Shown: positions 47,467-56,170 of the stretch, piece by piece | Numbering within the stretch: the first letter of the stretch is position 1 | How the letters are laid out: every line of letters begins with the position of its first letter | NCBI GenBank assembly: GCA_004214055.1 | Contig: SGYT01000001.1 | Coordinates: 1-57,550, forward strand | Reading direction: 5' to 3' | Length of the DNA: 57,550 bases | Source: Candidatus Actinomarinales bacterium | GTDB taxonomy: Bacteria > Actinomycetota > Acidimicrobiia > Actinomarinales > Actinomarinaceae | The notes under the pieces: model-generated | Told to the model about the DNA's origin: nothing | What the model saw: the letters and a program-made list of their open reading frames with translations, nothing else | Database searches by the model: none | Translations under genes and position numbers: made by a program

Positions 47467-48642
47467 ATGTTTTATGAAGTAAAAAAGATACTTAGCTTAC
47501 TTTTGTCTGTTGCTTTTTCATCAATTGGTTTCATTGCTGCAATCACCGTTGCTGCATTATCAGTTAGAGAAGTATCTACAAATCCTTACTTGGTTGGATT
47601 CCCTAATGCATTAGGTGTTGGAGGAGCATTTGTTGGAACTCAGATATTTGATTTCTTTTCAAAAAAATATTCTAGACTTACTGCTCTTGGAAATACGTTT
47701 TTTGTAGGAGGATTAGGTGGGGTAATACTAATAACTAGCCTTCTAACAGATTCTTTTTTTCTTTTATTAATAGGGTCTTTTACTTTAGGAATTGGTCAAT
47801 CAGCTACACTTCAAACGCGTTATGCTGCTTCGTTTGTAGCTAGTGAAAATTATAAAGCTACTGCATTGTCTTTGGCAGTCTGGTTTTCTGTATTTGGTTC
47901 AATATTTGGACCTAGTCTTGTTGGTGAATACTCAGAATTATTTCAAAAAACTTTTAATTCTGAACTCATTGTTGGCTACTTTATAGCAACAACAGGCATG
48001 ACCCTTGCGGGTCTTTCTATTTACTTTCTTTCAGGGAAAGAAAGTAAATTAAAAGAACCTGCAAATGTTGAACAATCAAATGAACAAGTTTCTTTGGATA
48101 GCAATGCAAAATTACTAACAAAAATTTTAGTGCTCAACCATTTTGTAATGGTTGTGATTATGTCTGCAACGCCTCTACATATTCAAGACATAGGTGAGAC
48201 TATAAAGCTTGTGGGAACAATTATTAGCTACCACACTCTAGGAATGTTTTTATTTTCACCAATCTTAGGAAATCTTGTAGATAAATATGGAACAAAATTA
48301 TTTGCTACTATTGGAAGTTTTATACTTTGTTTAAGTTGCATACTTTCATTGTTCAATACAAACATTTTATTTCTAAAAATTGGATTGTACCTTTTAGGCC
48401 TAGGGTGGAATTTTACGTTCATTGCAATTAGTGCTGCCATTTCAAAATATTCAATAAAAAATTCAATAAATTTAAATATAAAGAGCGACTCTATGGTTTT
48501 TGCTGCAAGTTCAATTGCTCACTTAAGTCTTGGAATTACATATATATTTCTTGGATATACAGGGCTTGTAATTTTTGCTTTATTGCTTTCAATATATTTA
48601 ATATTTAATATAAAAAGATTTTCAAAACTAACTTTCATCTAG
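47467..48642 (+). CDS. MFS transporter
   Basis: 391 aa with about 12 TM segments arranged in two halves. The substrate is unknown. Confidence 0.78.
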   Translation: MFYEVKKILSLLLSVAFSSIGFIAAITVAALSVREVSTNPYLVGFPNALGVGGAFVGTQIFDFFSKKYSRLTALGNTFFVGGLGGVILITSLLTDSFFLLLIGSFTLGIGQSATLQTRYAASFVASENYKATALSLAVWFSVFGSIFGPSLVGEYSELFQKTFNSELIVGYFIATTGMTLAGLSIYFLSGKESKLKEPANVEQSNEQVSLDSNAKLLTKILVLNHFVMVVIMSATPLHIQDIGETIKLVGTIISYHTLGMFLFSPILGNLVDKYGTKLFATIGSFILCLSCILSLFNTNILFLKIGLYLLGLGWNFTFIAISAAISKYSIKNSINLNIKSDSMVFAASSIAHLSLGITYIFLGYTGLVIFALLLSIYLIFNIKRFSKLTFI

Positions 48643-49479
48643 TTAAACTTCTATAGCTAGTAAGTCTTCACCAATTACAATATCACCTTTGTAAACTTCT
48701 CCGACTTCAGTTTTTAATTTTTCTTCATCAAACACAGGAGGTACAAAATGCGTAAGAATTAATTTTTCTACCAATGCTTCTTTTGCTACTTCTCCAACTT
48801 CTTTTGGCAAAGTATGATAATCAGCTACATGCTCTATTGTTTCTTTTGTCATTCTCTTTTCATCAAAATCTAAACCAAGAAAGACTTCATGTACTAAAGC
48901 ATTTGCTTTAAAAGATTGTTTTATTAAGTTACTACTTTTTCGTGTGTCTCCTGAAATAACAATCTTTTTATCATTACCTTCTTCTTTGAATTCTATTTTA
49001 TAACCATAGGCTGGCTCTACTGGTTTATGATCTACTTCAAATGGTGATATTTGAGCTATATTGTCTTGATATATATATTCCGTCCCTATTTCATCGACTT
49101 CATATAGTAAACCATTCTCATTTGGCCTAGCTTCCCATTTTTTTCTACCTTCAAGTTCTGCCTCAAAAGCTTTAAGATGAAATTCAAAAAAATCTTTTAC
49201 ACCCAAAGGACCAACTATTTTAAAAGGTTTCTCTCTTCCTTGATGCCACCCAGAAATATAGAGCTGATAAATATCAACGATATGGTCGGAATGTAAGTGT
49301 GTTATAAATAAAGCTTCTATTTCTGAAGATTTTAAACCTGACTCATTAAGTCTTTGTGTGACCCCTGAGCCTGCATCGAATAAGTAGTTCTTGTTTCCAA
49401 CTTGAACAAGTGTGCTTGGTCCAAATCTTAAATGGCTTGGACTTGGACACCCAGTACCTAAAAGTTTTATAATGCTCAT
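48643..49479 (-). CDS. MBL-fold metallo-hydrolase (RNase Z/BN-like)
   Basis: HLHSDH metal motif with later His and Asp residues, 278 aa. Confidence 0.8.
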   Translation of the reverse strand: MSIIKLLGTGCPSPSHLRFGPSTLVQVGNKNYLFDAGSGVTQRLNESGLKSSEIEALFITHLHSDHIVDIYQLYISGWHQGREKPFKIVGPLGVKDFFEFHLKAFEAELEGRKKWEARPNENGLLYEVDEIGTEYIYQDNIAQISPFEVDHKPVEPAYGYKIEFKEEGNDKKIVISGDTRKSSNLIKQSFKANALVHEVFLGLDFDEKRMTKETIEHVADYHTLPKEVGEVAKEALVEKLILTHFVPPVFDEEKLKTEVGEVYKGDIVIGEDLLAIEV

Positions 49480-50342
49480 AATTTGCTTGACACTATAGCA
49501 AGATTATTCAATACTATATTTGGTCTCATCCCTTTATCTAGATCATCTATAGATTCTTGTAATAATTCACAATATCTAAATTCTTTTTTACCAAATTCTT
49601 TAACAAGCAATAAGTTTCTTGTTAAGTATTCAAGTGAAGCAACTATGAACTTGGTAATATTCAACTGACTAGAATCAGCCTTCTCTTTTTTATAATCATC
49701 AATTATTTTTATAAATTGTTGAATCTTGAAAACCTTATCAGTCGAGTTATTTTCTATAATCTTTAAAGACTCTAAAATTTTAATTAAATCTTTAGGTATA
49801 GAGCTAAAATCTTCATCTTCTCTTTTGCTTGATTCCATAAATTTTATAAAATCTTCTTCTTCGAAATTAAATTTCGTTTCAATTTCTGAATCTATAAATA
49901 TTGTTCTACATCGACTTTTTATTGTAGAAAGGAGTCCTAATAAGGAATCATGTCTTGCATGAGACCAAAATTTTCCACTTGAAGTCAAAATGAAAATGCT
50001 TGACTCTGAAGGCTCCTCTAATGTTTTCAGTAATGCATTCGATGCTTCTTCTGTCAGGGATTTTACTGGTGGAAATATAACAATTTTATATTTACCTTCA
50101 ACTGGAACCAAGCCATCATTTTCAATAATATTTCTAATATCATCAACACCTAAAGTATTTAAATTTTCAGAGGAAACAATTTTTATATCTGGATGTTCTC
50201 TCTCTTCTTCTGCGTCAAATAAAATCTTCGAACCGAATTTCTTTGCTTGGCTTAATAGATGACTAGATGTATTTCCCAATAGTAAATAGGCATGAAAAGG
50301 AGAACTTACTTCTTGTAATAATTTTTTATTAAGTTTTTCCAA
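49476..50342 (-). CDS. holB: DNA polymerase III subunit delta'
   Basis: Motifs HAYLLLG, LLKTLEEP and SRC (KSRCRTIF). The Walker A is degenerate, as is usual for delta'. It follows tmk. Confidence 0.75.
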   Translation of the reverse strand: MEKLNKKLLQEVSSPFHAYLLLGNTSSHLLSQAKKFGSKILFDAEEEREHPDIKIVSSENLNTLGVDDIRNIIENDGLVPVEGKYKIVIFPPVKSLTEEASNALLKTLEEPSESSIFILTSSGKFWSHARHDSLLGLLSTIKSRCRTIFIDSEIETKFNFEEEDFIKFMESSKREDEDFSSIPKDLIKILESLKIIENNSTDKVFKIQQFIKIIDDYKKEKADSSQLNITKFIVASLEYLTRNLLLVKEFGKKEFRYCELLQESIDDLDKGMRPNIVLNNLAIVSSKL

Positions 50343-50943
50343 TGCTTAACCACTCACATATAATATCTAGATTCTTTGAAAATTCTTTTTCTGCATCAAT
50401 TACTAAAAACTTATCGGGATGCTTAACGGATAAATCTAAATATCCCTGTCTGGCTCTTTCAAAAAATTTTATTTCTGAACTACCAATTCTGTCGCTAATC
50501 TTTTGTCTTTCAAGAGAAATTTTTGGATCTATATCTAATAAAACGACCTTCTCGGGCCAAAAACCATCTAATGCTATGTCATTAAGTTGATAGATTTTAT
50601 CAACACCAAGCTCTCTTCCTGCTCCTTGGTAAGCGATTGAAGAATAAGCGCTTCTATCACTAATTACAATTGAGCCTGAATCAATTTCTGGTATTACAAC
50701 TTCTTTAATAAGCTCTGCTCTGTTTGCACAAAATAAAAAAGCCTCGCTCATATCAGGCACTTTATATTCATGACTTAATAAAAGCTCCCTAATCCCTTCT
50801 CCTAATTCAGTTCCACCAGGTTCACGTACAACTTTATATTTTTTACTTTGATTATCTAAAATTTCGCAAAGACCTTCAATAAAGCTAGTTTTTCCAGACC
50901 CGTCAATGCCTTCGAAAGCTAAGTAGTTACAATTCATTCTCAT
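50329..50943 (-). CDS. tmk: dTMP (thymidylate) kinase
   Basis: FEGIDGSGKT P-loop and DRSAYSSIAYQG motif. It has an ATGA overlap with the upstream MFS gene. Confidence 0.92.
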   Translation of the reverse strand: MRMNCNYLAFEGIDGSGKTSFIEGLCEILDNQSKKYKVVREPGGTELGEGIRELLLSHEYKVPDMSEAFLFCANRAELIKEVVIPEIDSGSIVISDRSAYSSIAYQGAGRELGVDKIYQLNDIALDGFWPEKVVLLDIDPKISLERQKISDRIGSSEIKFFERARQGYLDLSVKHPDKFLVIDAEKEFSKNLDIICEWLSIGKT

Positions 50944-52265
50944 TCATCCTCTGTTGATCTAAAGTCTAATTTTATATTATTAAAGTTTGAATTCTCAATT
51001 CCAAAATCATTTATTATTTTCTTATATCCTGTTAAGAAACCTATACAGCCTGAAATAAAAATTAGGATAGCACTCCCTTGTAAGACTATCTCAACACCTG
51101 TTAGTGCAAAATACTTATCTAGAAAATTTGCAAGCAATCCTGTTGTTAAAAATGAAAGCAATAAAGCAACTCTTCCTATTGAATAAAAATTACCAAAAAC
51201 CCTTCCCCTAAGTTCGGGTTTTGTTGAGGCTTGTAGAAAACTAATTGTAAGTAGGTAAACGCCACCTGTTCCAATTCCTGAAACGAAAATTGATAATAAA
51301 ATATTAATAAACTCAACAGACTTAAAAGCAGTAAAAAGTGAGAGGCCTGTCAGAATCATACTAAGTCCAATTAAAAAACTTACTCTTGAAAATGAACTTA
51401 CAAAATAACTCAATGTAATCATACTAAATAGAATGCCAGAGCCAAAAGCTGCAATCATAAAACCGAAAGAGCTCTCTGTAAACCCTAGATTCACAGTCAA
51501 AAAAGTATGACCTAAAATAAATAATGCACCTGCAGCAAAAAGGCTTAATGAAATTGATATCGTGATGTTTCTAATTGAAGTGGTTTTGAAAAAGTAATTT
51601 AAACCTTCCTTAAATTCTATATAACTAAATCTCTCACCTTCTCCAGAAAAGTTGCTTTGATCAGATTTGAGGTAAAAAAGTATATATGAAGAAAGTAAAA
51701 ATGTTAGTGCATCAAAAATAAATATAATGGAGCCACTCCAGCCATTGCCATAATTTAATATAATTTGTGGAACTTTAAAGTCACTTACAACTGCAAACAA
51801 TATTGAAGCGATTGGTAGGGTTGCATAAGTTCCTATAGCAAAAAGTGAATTAGCTTTAACAAGGTTTTCTTTTTCTACAACTTCTGGAACAACTGCCTCT
51901 CTTGAGGGTTGGCGAATTAATGAAAATATCTCTGAAATAAAATTAATAATAAATAGAAATACTAAATTATCTGCAAAGAATAAGAAAAAGACAATAAACA
52001 TTCTTGCAAGATCGCAACAAATCATAATATTTTTTTTATTAAATTTATCGGCAATCAAGCCTGCAACGGAAGATAAAAAAGCTGGAATAATTCTTGCAAC
52101 CAGGGGGACGACAGCAGTTATCTCGGAATTTCCTCCGGTTGTTCCTATTTGGCTTGCTAGTGCGACTGATGCAAACAATGTTGCCCAATCTCCAAAGCTT
52201 GAAAGCGATCCCGACCACCACAAAATGGAGAACTGAGACCTTGAAAAAATTTTTACTGAATTCAT
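50940..52265 (-). CDS. MFS transporter
   Basis: 441-aa polytopic protein with an MFS-type two-half topology. The substrate is unknown. Confidence 0.78.
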   Translation of the reverse strand: MNSVKIFSRSQFSILWWSGSLSSFGDWATLFASVALASQIGTTGGNSEITAVVPLVARIIPAFLSSVAGLIADKFNKKNIMICCDLARMFIVFFLFFADNLVFLFIINFISEIFSLIRQPSREAVVPEVVEKENLVKANSLFAIGTYATLPIASILFAVVSDFKVPQIILNYGNGWSGSIIFIFDALTFLLSSYILFYLKSDQSNFSGEGERFSYIEFKEGLNYFFKTTSIRNITISISLSLFAAGALFILGHTFLTVNLGFTESSFGFMIAAFGSGILFSMITLSYFVSSFSRVSFLIGLSMILTGLSLFTAFKSVEFINILLSIFVSGIGTGGVYLLTISFLQASTKPELRGRVFGNFYSIGRVALLLSFLTTGLLANFLDKYFALTGVEIVLQGSAILIFISGCIGFLTGYKKIINDFGIENSNFNNIKLDFRSTEDE

Positions 52266-52351
52266 ACTTCTTTACTCATCATAAATCGAATTTAAATTAC
52301 TTTTTTTTTAAAAGCTGTACTTATTTAATAAATGATGTTATCAATAAGGAC

Positions 52352-54121
52352 ATGCCAAAACCTTTAGTAATTGTAGAGTCTCCTACGAAAGTAAAAACTA
52401 TTTCAAAAATACTTGGATCGGAATATATAGTTAAATCAAGCGTTGGACATATAAGAGATTTACCTCGAAACACAAAATCTATTCCGGCTGAATATACAAA
52501 AGAAGAAATACTCTGGGGAGCTGTAAAGCCTAGTGAATTCGAAAATATTTATGTTATACCTGAAGACAGAAAAAAAGTAGTTAAAGAACTAAGAGAGCTA
52601 GCAGATAAAGCTCCTGATGTTTATCTAGCAACTGATGATGACAGAGAAGGAGAGGCTATCGCATATCACTTAAAAGAAGCTCTTGAACTTAAAAAAGAAC
52701 CTAAGAGAATAAAATTTAATGAAATTACTGAACCCGCCGTATTGAATGCAATCGAAAATCCTGAAGTCATAGATATAGGAAAATTTAAATCCTACGAAGC
52801 AAGAAGAACTCTCGACCGAATGATTGGATATGAAATATCACCAAAATTAAGAGACCTTGGTGGTGCTTTTATATCAACCGGAAGAGTCCAGGGACCTGCT
52901 ATAAGACTCATTGTTGAGAAGGAAGAAGAAAGATTAAGATTTGTTAGATCAAAGTATTTTGAAATAGAAGCAACGTGTAAAACTTCAGATATTGAATTTG
53001 TGGCAAATCTAAAAAGTGTAAAAGGAAATAGAATTGCTTCGTCAAAAGATTTTGATAAAAAAGGTAAAAAAATAAATAAAGATAGAGAATACATTTCTGA
53101 AAAAGACTGTAATGAAATATTAAAAATACTTAATAGTGGTTCAGCTAAAACATCTAAGATAAAAGAAACACCAAGAAGTGGTAAGCCACCTAAGCCTCTA
53201 AAAACTACAAGCCTTCAATCTTCAGCAAGAAATAATCTAGGATTTCAGCCAAGAAAAACGATGAGCGTGGCTCAAAAGCTTTACCAAGAAGGATTAATAA
53301 CTTATATGAGAACAGACTCTATCCGACTATCAGAAATCGCAATTAAGGCAGCTAGAAAATATATATCTGAAAATTTTACAAAAGACCACTTACCAAATGA
53401 ACCAAATTTATATGGAGATAATAAAAATGCACAAGCAGCACATGAAGCTATAAGGCCTTCGGGAGATGTTTTTACTGAACCAAAAGAATTACTTGGAAAA
53501 TATAAAGAAGATAGTGATGAATATAAACTTTATTCTTTAATTTTTAATGTAACTGTTGCCTCCCAAATGACAGAAGCAAAGGGAATCACAAAAAGCATAG
53601 AAATAGAATTGGAAGATGGCACTTTTGGCCCAATTGTTTTAGGAATTTCTGGAACAACATGGGTTTTTGGAGGTTATAGAGATTTAATTAAGGATTTAAG
53701 TGAAAAGTCTCAAGAATTACCAGACCTTACTGAAGGTGATTTGATAGATATAATAAATTCGAGCTCGGAAGAAAAATTTACCACGCCTCCAAATAGATAC
53801 TCTTCTACTTCATTGATTAATAAACTTGAAGAGCTAGGAATAGGCAGGCCATCAACATATGTTTCCATTATTGAAAGTATTACTTCTGTATTTATTAATT
53901 CTGAATCTAGTTTAAAACCAAGAATTCTCGCTATTGCAATGATTAATAATTTTATGAAACCTTACTTCGATTTGTACATAGATTATGAATTTTCAAAACT
54001 AATGGAAGATGAGCTGGACAAAATACTTGAAAGTAATAATCCAGAAGAAGCAAAAGTAAAGTTCTTAGAAGATTCTTACAGCAAAATAAAAAAGCATATT
54101 GAAGGATACGAAAATGCCTAA
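52352..54121 (+). CDS. topA: DNA topoisomerase I, catalytic core (domains D1-D4) only
   Basis: The ATG at 52352 has AAGGA 1 nt upstream and reads MPKPLVIVESPTKVKTI (Toprim Glu). DDDREGE and the active-site Tyr (GLITYMRTDS) are present. The ORF stops after 589 aa, at the end of the core. The track's upstream extension to 52094 overlaps the divergent MFS gene and has no TopA similarity. Confidence 0.92.
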   Translation: MPKPLVIVESPTKVKTISKILGSEYIVKSSVGHIRDLPRNTKSIPAEYTKEEILWGAVKPSEFENIYVIPEDRKKVVKELRELADKAPDVYLATDDDREGEAIAYHLKEALELKKEPKRIKFNEITEPAVLNAIENPEVIDIGKFKSYEARRTLDRMIGYEISPKLRDLGGAFISTGRVQGPAIRLIVEKEEERLRFVRSKYFEIEATCKTSDIEFVANLKSVKGNRIASSKDFDKKGKKINKDREYISEKDCNEILKILNSGSAKTSKIKETPRSGKPPKPLKTTSLQSSARNNLGFQPRKTMSVAQKLYQEGLITYMRTDSIRLSEIAIKAARKYISENFTKDHLPNEPNLYGDNKNAQAAHEAIRPSGDVFTEPKELLGKYKEDSDEYKLYSLIFNVTVASQMTEAKGITKSIEIELEDGTFGPIVLGISGTTWVFGGYRDLIKDLSEKSQELPDLTEGDLIDIINSSSEEKFTTPPNRYSSTSLINKLEELGIGRPSTYVSIIESITSVFINSESSLKPRILAIAMINNFMKPYFDLYIDYEFSKLMEDELDKILESNNPEEAKVKFLEDSYSKIKKHIEGYENA

Positions 54122-55049
54122 TCCCATAGAGCTAACTTCAATTCCTTTACCTTTTGATTCACCTTATATTATAAAAACAGGAAGAATTCAAGGAAGAGTC
54201 CCTTATCCTTACCTTTTAAGGAACGATGATTTTAAGATTGGATTACCTCCTGAAATTACAATTGAAGAAATAACCAAAGAACTTATTGCAGAACTTGAGA
54301 AAAAACAGGAGGCAAGTTTGAGTAAAGAACGAATTATATGCAAATGTCCTGAATGTGGTGCGTCAATCTACATTAAGTTAGGACCAAATGGAAGTTTCTA
54401 TATTCAACATGGCGTCAAAGAAAAAGGAGTAAGACAAGAAAAATGTATTTATAAAAATATGATTGGACCTATTTTTGAGGATGAAGATCCGGATAACCTA
54501 ACACCAGACGAAGCAATAGAAAGATTTTCTTTATCAGCAAAAAATCCAAGACATATTGTTAGCCAAAATGGTTGGGACTACATGACTGCAGTTGGCCCTT
54601 ATGGTGGTTATGCAATGAAACAAAGAAACAGGCAAGTTTTTGATATTGAAGAGTCGAAATCTATGAAAAAGAAAGAAATTATAGAATTAATTCAGCAAGA
54701 AAAATATCAAAGAATTCTAGAAATATTGGATAATGAAATTAAAAAAATACCTAAAAGCGCTACAAAAGAAAAAATTATAGATTCGATTTTCAAAGATTTT
54801 AAAATAGTAGAAAAAACCATAAAGAAAAAATCAAAGGATGAATTAGTAGAGTTATCAAAATTGCTAGATATTGTTCTCTATAGGGGAAGATATCGAATGA
54901 AAGCAGAAGATGCAACTAAAGATAACTTAATAAACAAAATTGTTACTGAAAAAAAGAATAAACCTTTGGAAAGTCCAAGGGATGCTTTGACTATAAGCCC
55001 TGAAGAAATACTTAGTTTATTTGGAGATAATAAAGAAGAAGAGGAATGA
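54114..55049 (+). CDS. DNA topoisomerase I C-terminal domain encoded as a separate, overlapping ORF
   Basis: Frame +1 relative to the core ORF. The ATG overlaps the core stop codon (ATGCCTAA), and GAAGGA lies 7 nt upstream. The ORF contains a C4 zinc ribbon (CKCPECG...C), a TopA C-terminal repeat-like VGPYGGYAMKQ and a Lys-rich tail. Confidence 0.72.
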   Translation: MPNPIELTSIPLPFDSPYIIKTGRIQGRVPYPYLLRNDDFKIGLPPEITIEEITKELIAELEKKQEASLSKERIICKCPECGASIYIKLGPNGSFYIQHGVKEKGVRQEKCIYKNMIGPIFEDEDPDNLTPDEAIERFSLSAKNPRHIVSQNGWDYMTAVGPYGGYAMKQRNRQVFDIEESKSMKKKEIIELIQQEKYQRILEILDNEIKKIPKSATKEKIIDSIFKDFKIVEKTIKKKSKDELVELSKLLDIVLYRGRYRMKAEDATKDNLINKIVTEKKNKPLESPRDALTISPEEILSLFGDNKEEEE

Positions 55050-55053
55050 AATC

Positions 55054-56124
55054 TTATATTAAATTTGATTCAAGTTTATTAATTGAGTTTTCCCAATTGT
55101 AATTTTCTTCAACAAACTTTTTACTTGCTTTACCAAACTCTTCAATTTTTTCTGGATTATTAATAAAATATAAAATTGCATCCTTCAAAAGTTTTGGGGA
55201 ACTAACAACAAATCCTGTTCTGCCAGGGAGAATTGTCTCTACAGAACCCCCAGAAGCTCCAACTATGACTGGTAAACCATAGATTCCTGCTTCAAGATAA
55301 ACTAAGCCAAGACCTTCAAACTCAATTCCAAAATATTTTGATGTAGAAGGCATTGCAAAAATATCTATTGATTTATAAAAATCAGCATTTTTATCTTCTT
55401 CTAAGTCGTCAAAAAAAGTTACTTCAGCAGAAGATACACCAGCTAATTTTTTTAAATAATTTTCTTGCTTACCAAACCCAAGAATATTTAACCTTATTTC
55501 ATAACCCTCTTCATTTATTTCGTGAACTGCATCAATAAGCCAATTTATTTTTTTTCTTGAAACAAATCTGCTTACTACCCCAACGGTTAATGCACCTTCG
55601 ACTTTATATTCTCTTTCAAAATCCTCTATATCAGCTCCTGCTCCAATATTTACTACTTCTGTTGAAGTTATATCAATTAATTTTTTACGAGAAAATTCGC
55701 TTACAGTGAATACACTGTTCAAATTATTAAGATTTCTTTTTAAGAGTGTTCTTATCATTGGAATATAATTTAAAATATTAAATTCTGCACCATGACATAT
55801 CATGTACTGGGGAATTTTGATATGACGTGGTTGGTTTGGAAGTTCTAAATTTGTTAATTTATTTACAAACAAAAAATTTGGATTACTAGAACCATGAAGA
55901 ATTAAGTCTACCTCTCTATCAATAACAATTTGCTGCACCTCTTTAAAGACTTTATTTGGATTAAATATAAACTTATCTTTCGATTTTATTACTTTATCAC
56001 CATCGGCCCACTTGGGAGCATAAATAATGAGATTTGAATTCAAATTTTCTGATAATTTAGTTAGGTATGTACTTATTCCACCTTTTTTTGGCAACCAATC
56101 ATTTGTTATCAATAATATATTCAT
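55054..56124 (-). CDS. glycosyltransferase family 4 (GT-B fold)
   Basis: N-terminal ILLITNDWLPKKGGIS and the C-terminal E-x7-E region (FEGLGLVYLEAGIYGLPVIVGASGG). The acceptor is unknown. Confidence 0.83.
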   Translation of the reverse strand: MNILLITNDWLPKKGGISTYLTKLSENLNSNLIIYAPKWADGDKVIKSKDKFIFNPNKVFKEVQQIVIDREVDLILHGSSNPNFLFVNKLTNLELPNQPRHIKIPQYMICHGAEFNILNYIPMIRTLLKRNLNNLNSVFTVSEFSRKKLIDITSTEVVNIGAGADIEDFEREYKVEGALTVGVVSRFVSRKKINWLIDAVHEINEEGYEIRLNILGFGKQENYLKKLAGVSSAEVTFFDDLEEDKNADFYKSIDIFAMPSTSKYFGIEFEGLGLVYLEAGIYGLPVIVGASGGSVETILPGRTGFVVSSPKLLKDAILYFINNPEKIEEFGKASKKFVEENYNWENSINKLESNLI

Positions 56125-56170
56125 AGACTATTTGAATAATATTATACGTAGAAACTAAAAATGTACTTAA

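Noticed and set aside
52094-52351. 86-codon N-terminal extension of the topA ORF in the track
   Set aside because: It overlaps the 5' end of the divergent MFS gene and has no TopA similarity. The conserved Toprim N-terminus starts at the ATG at 52352, which has AAGGA just upstream.
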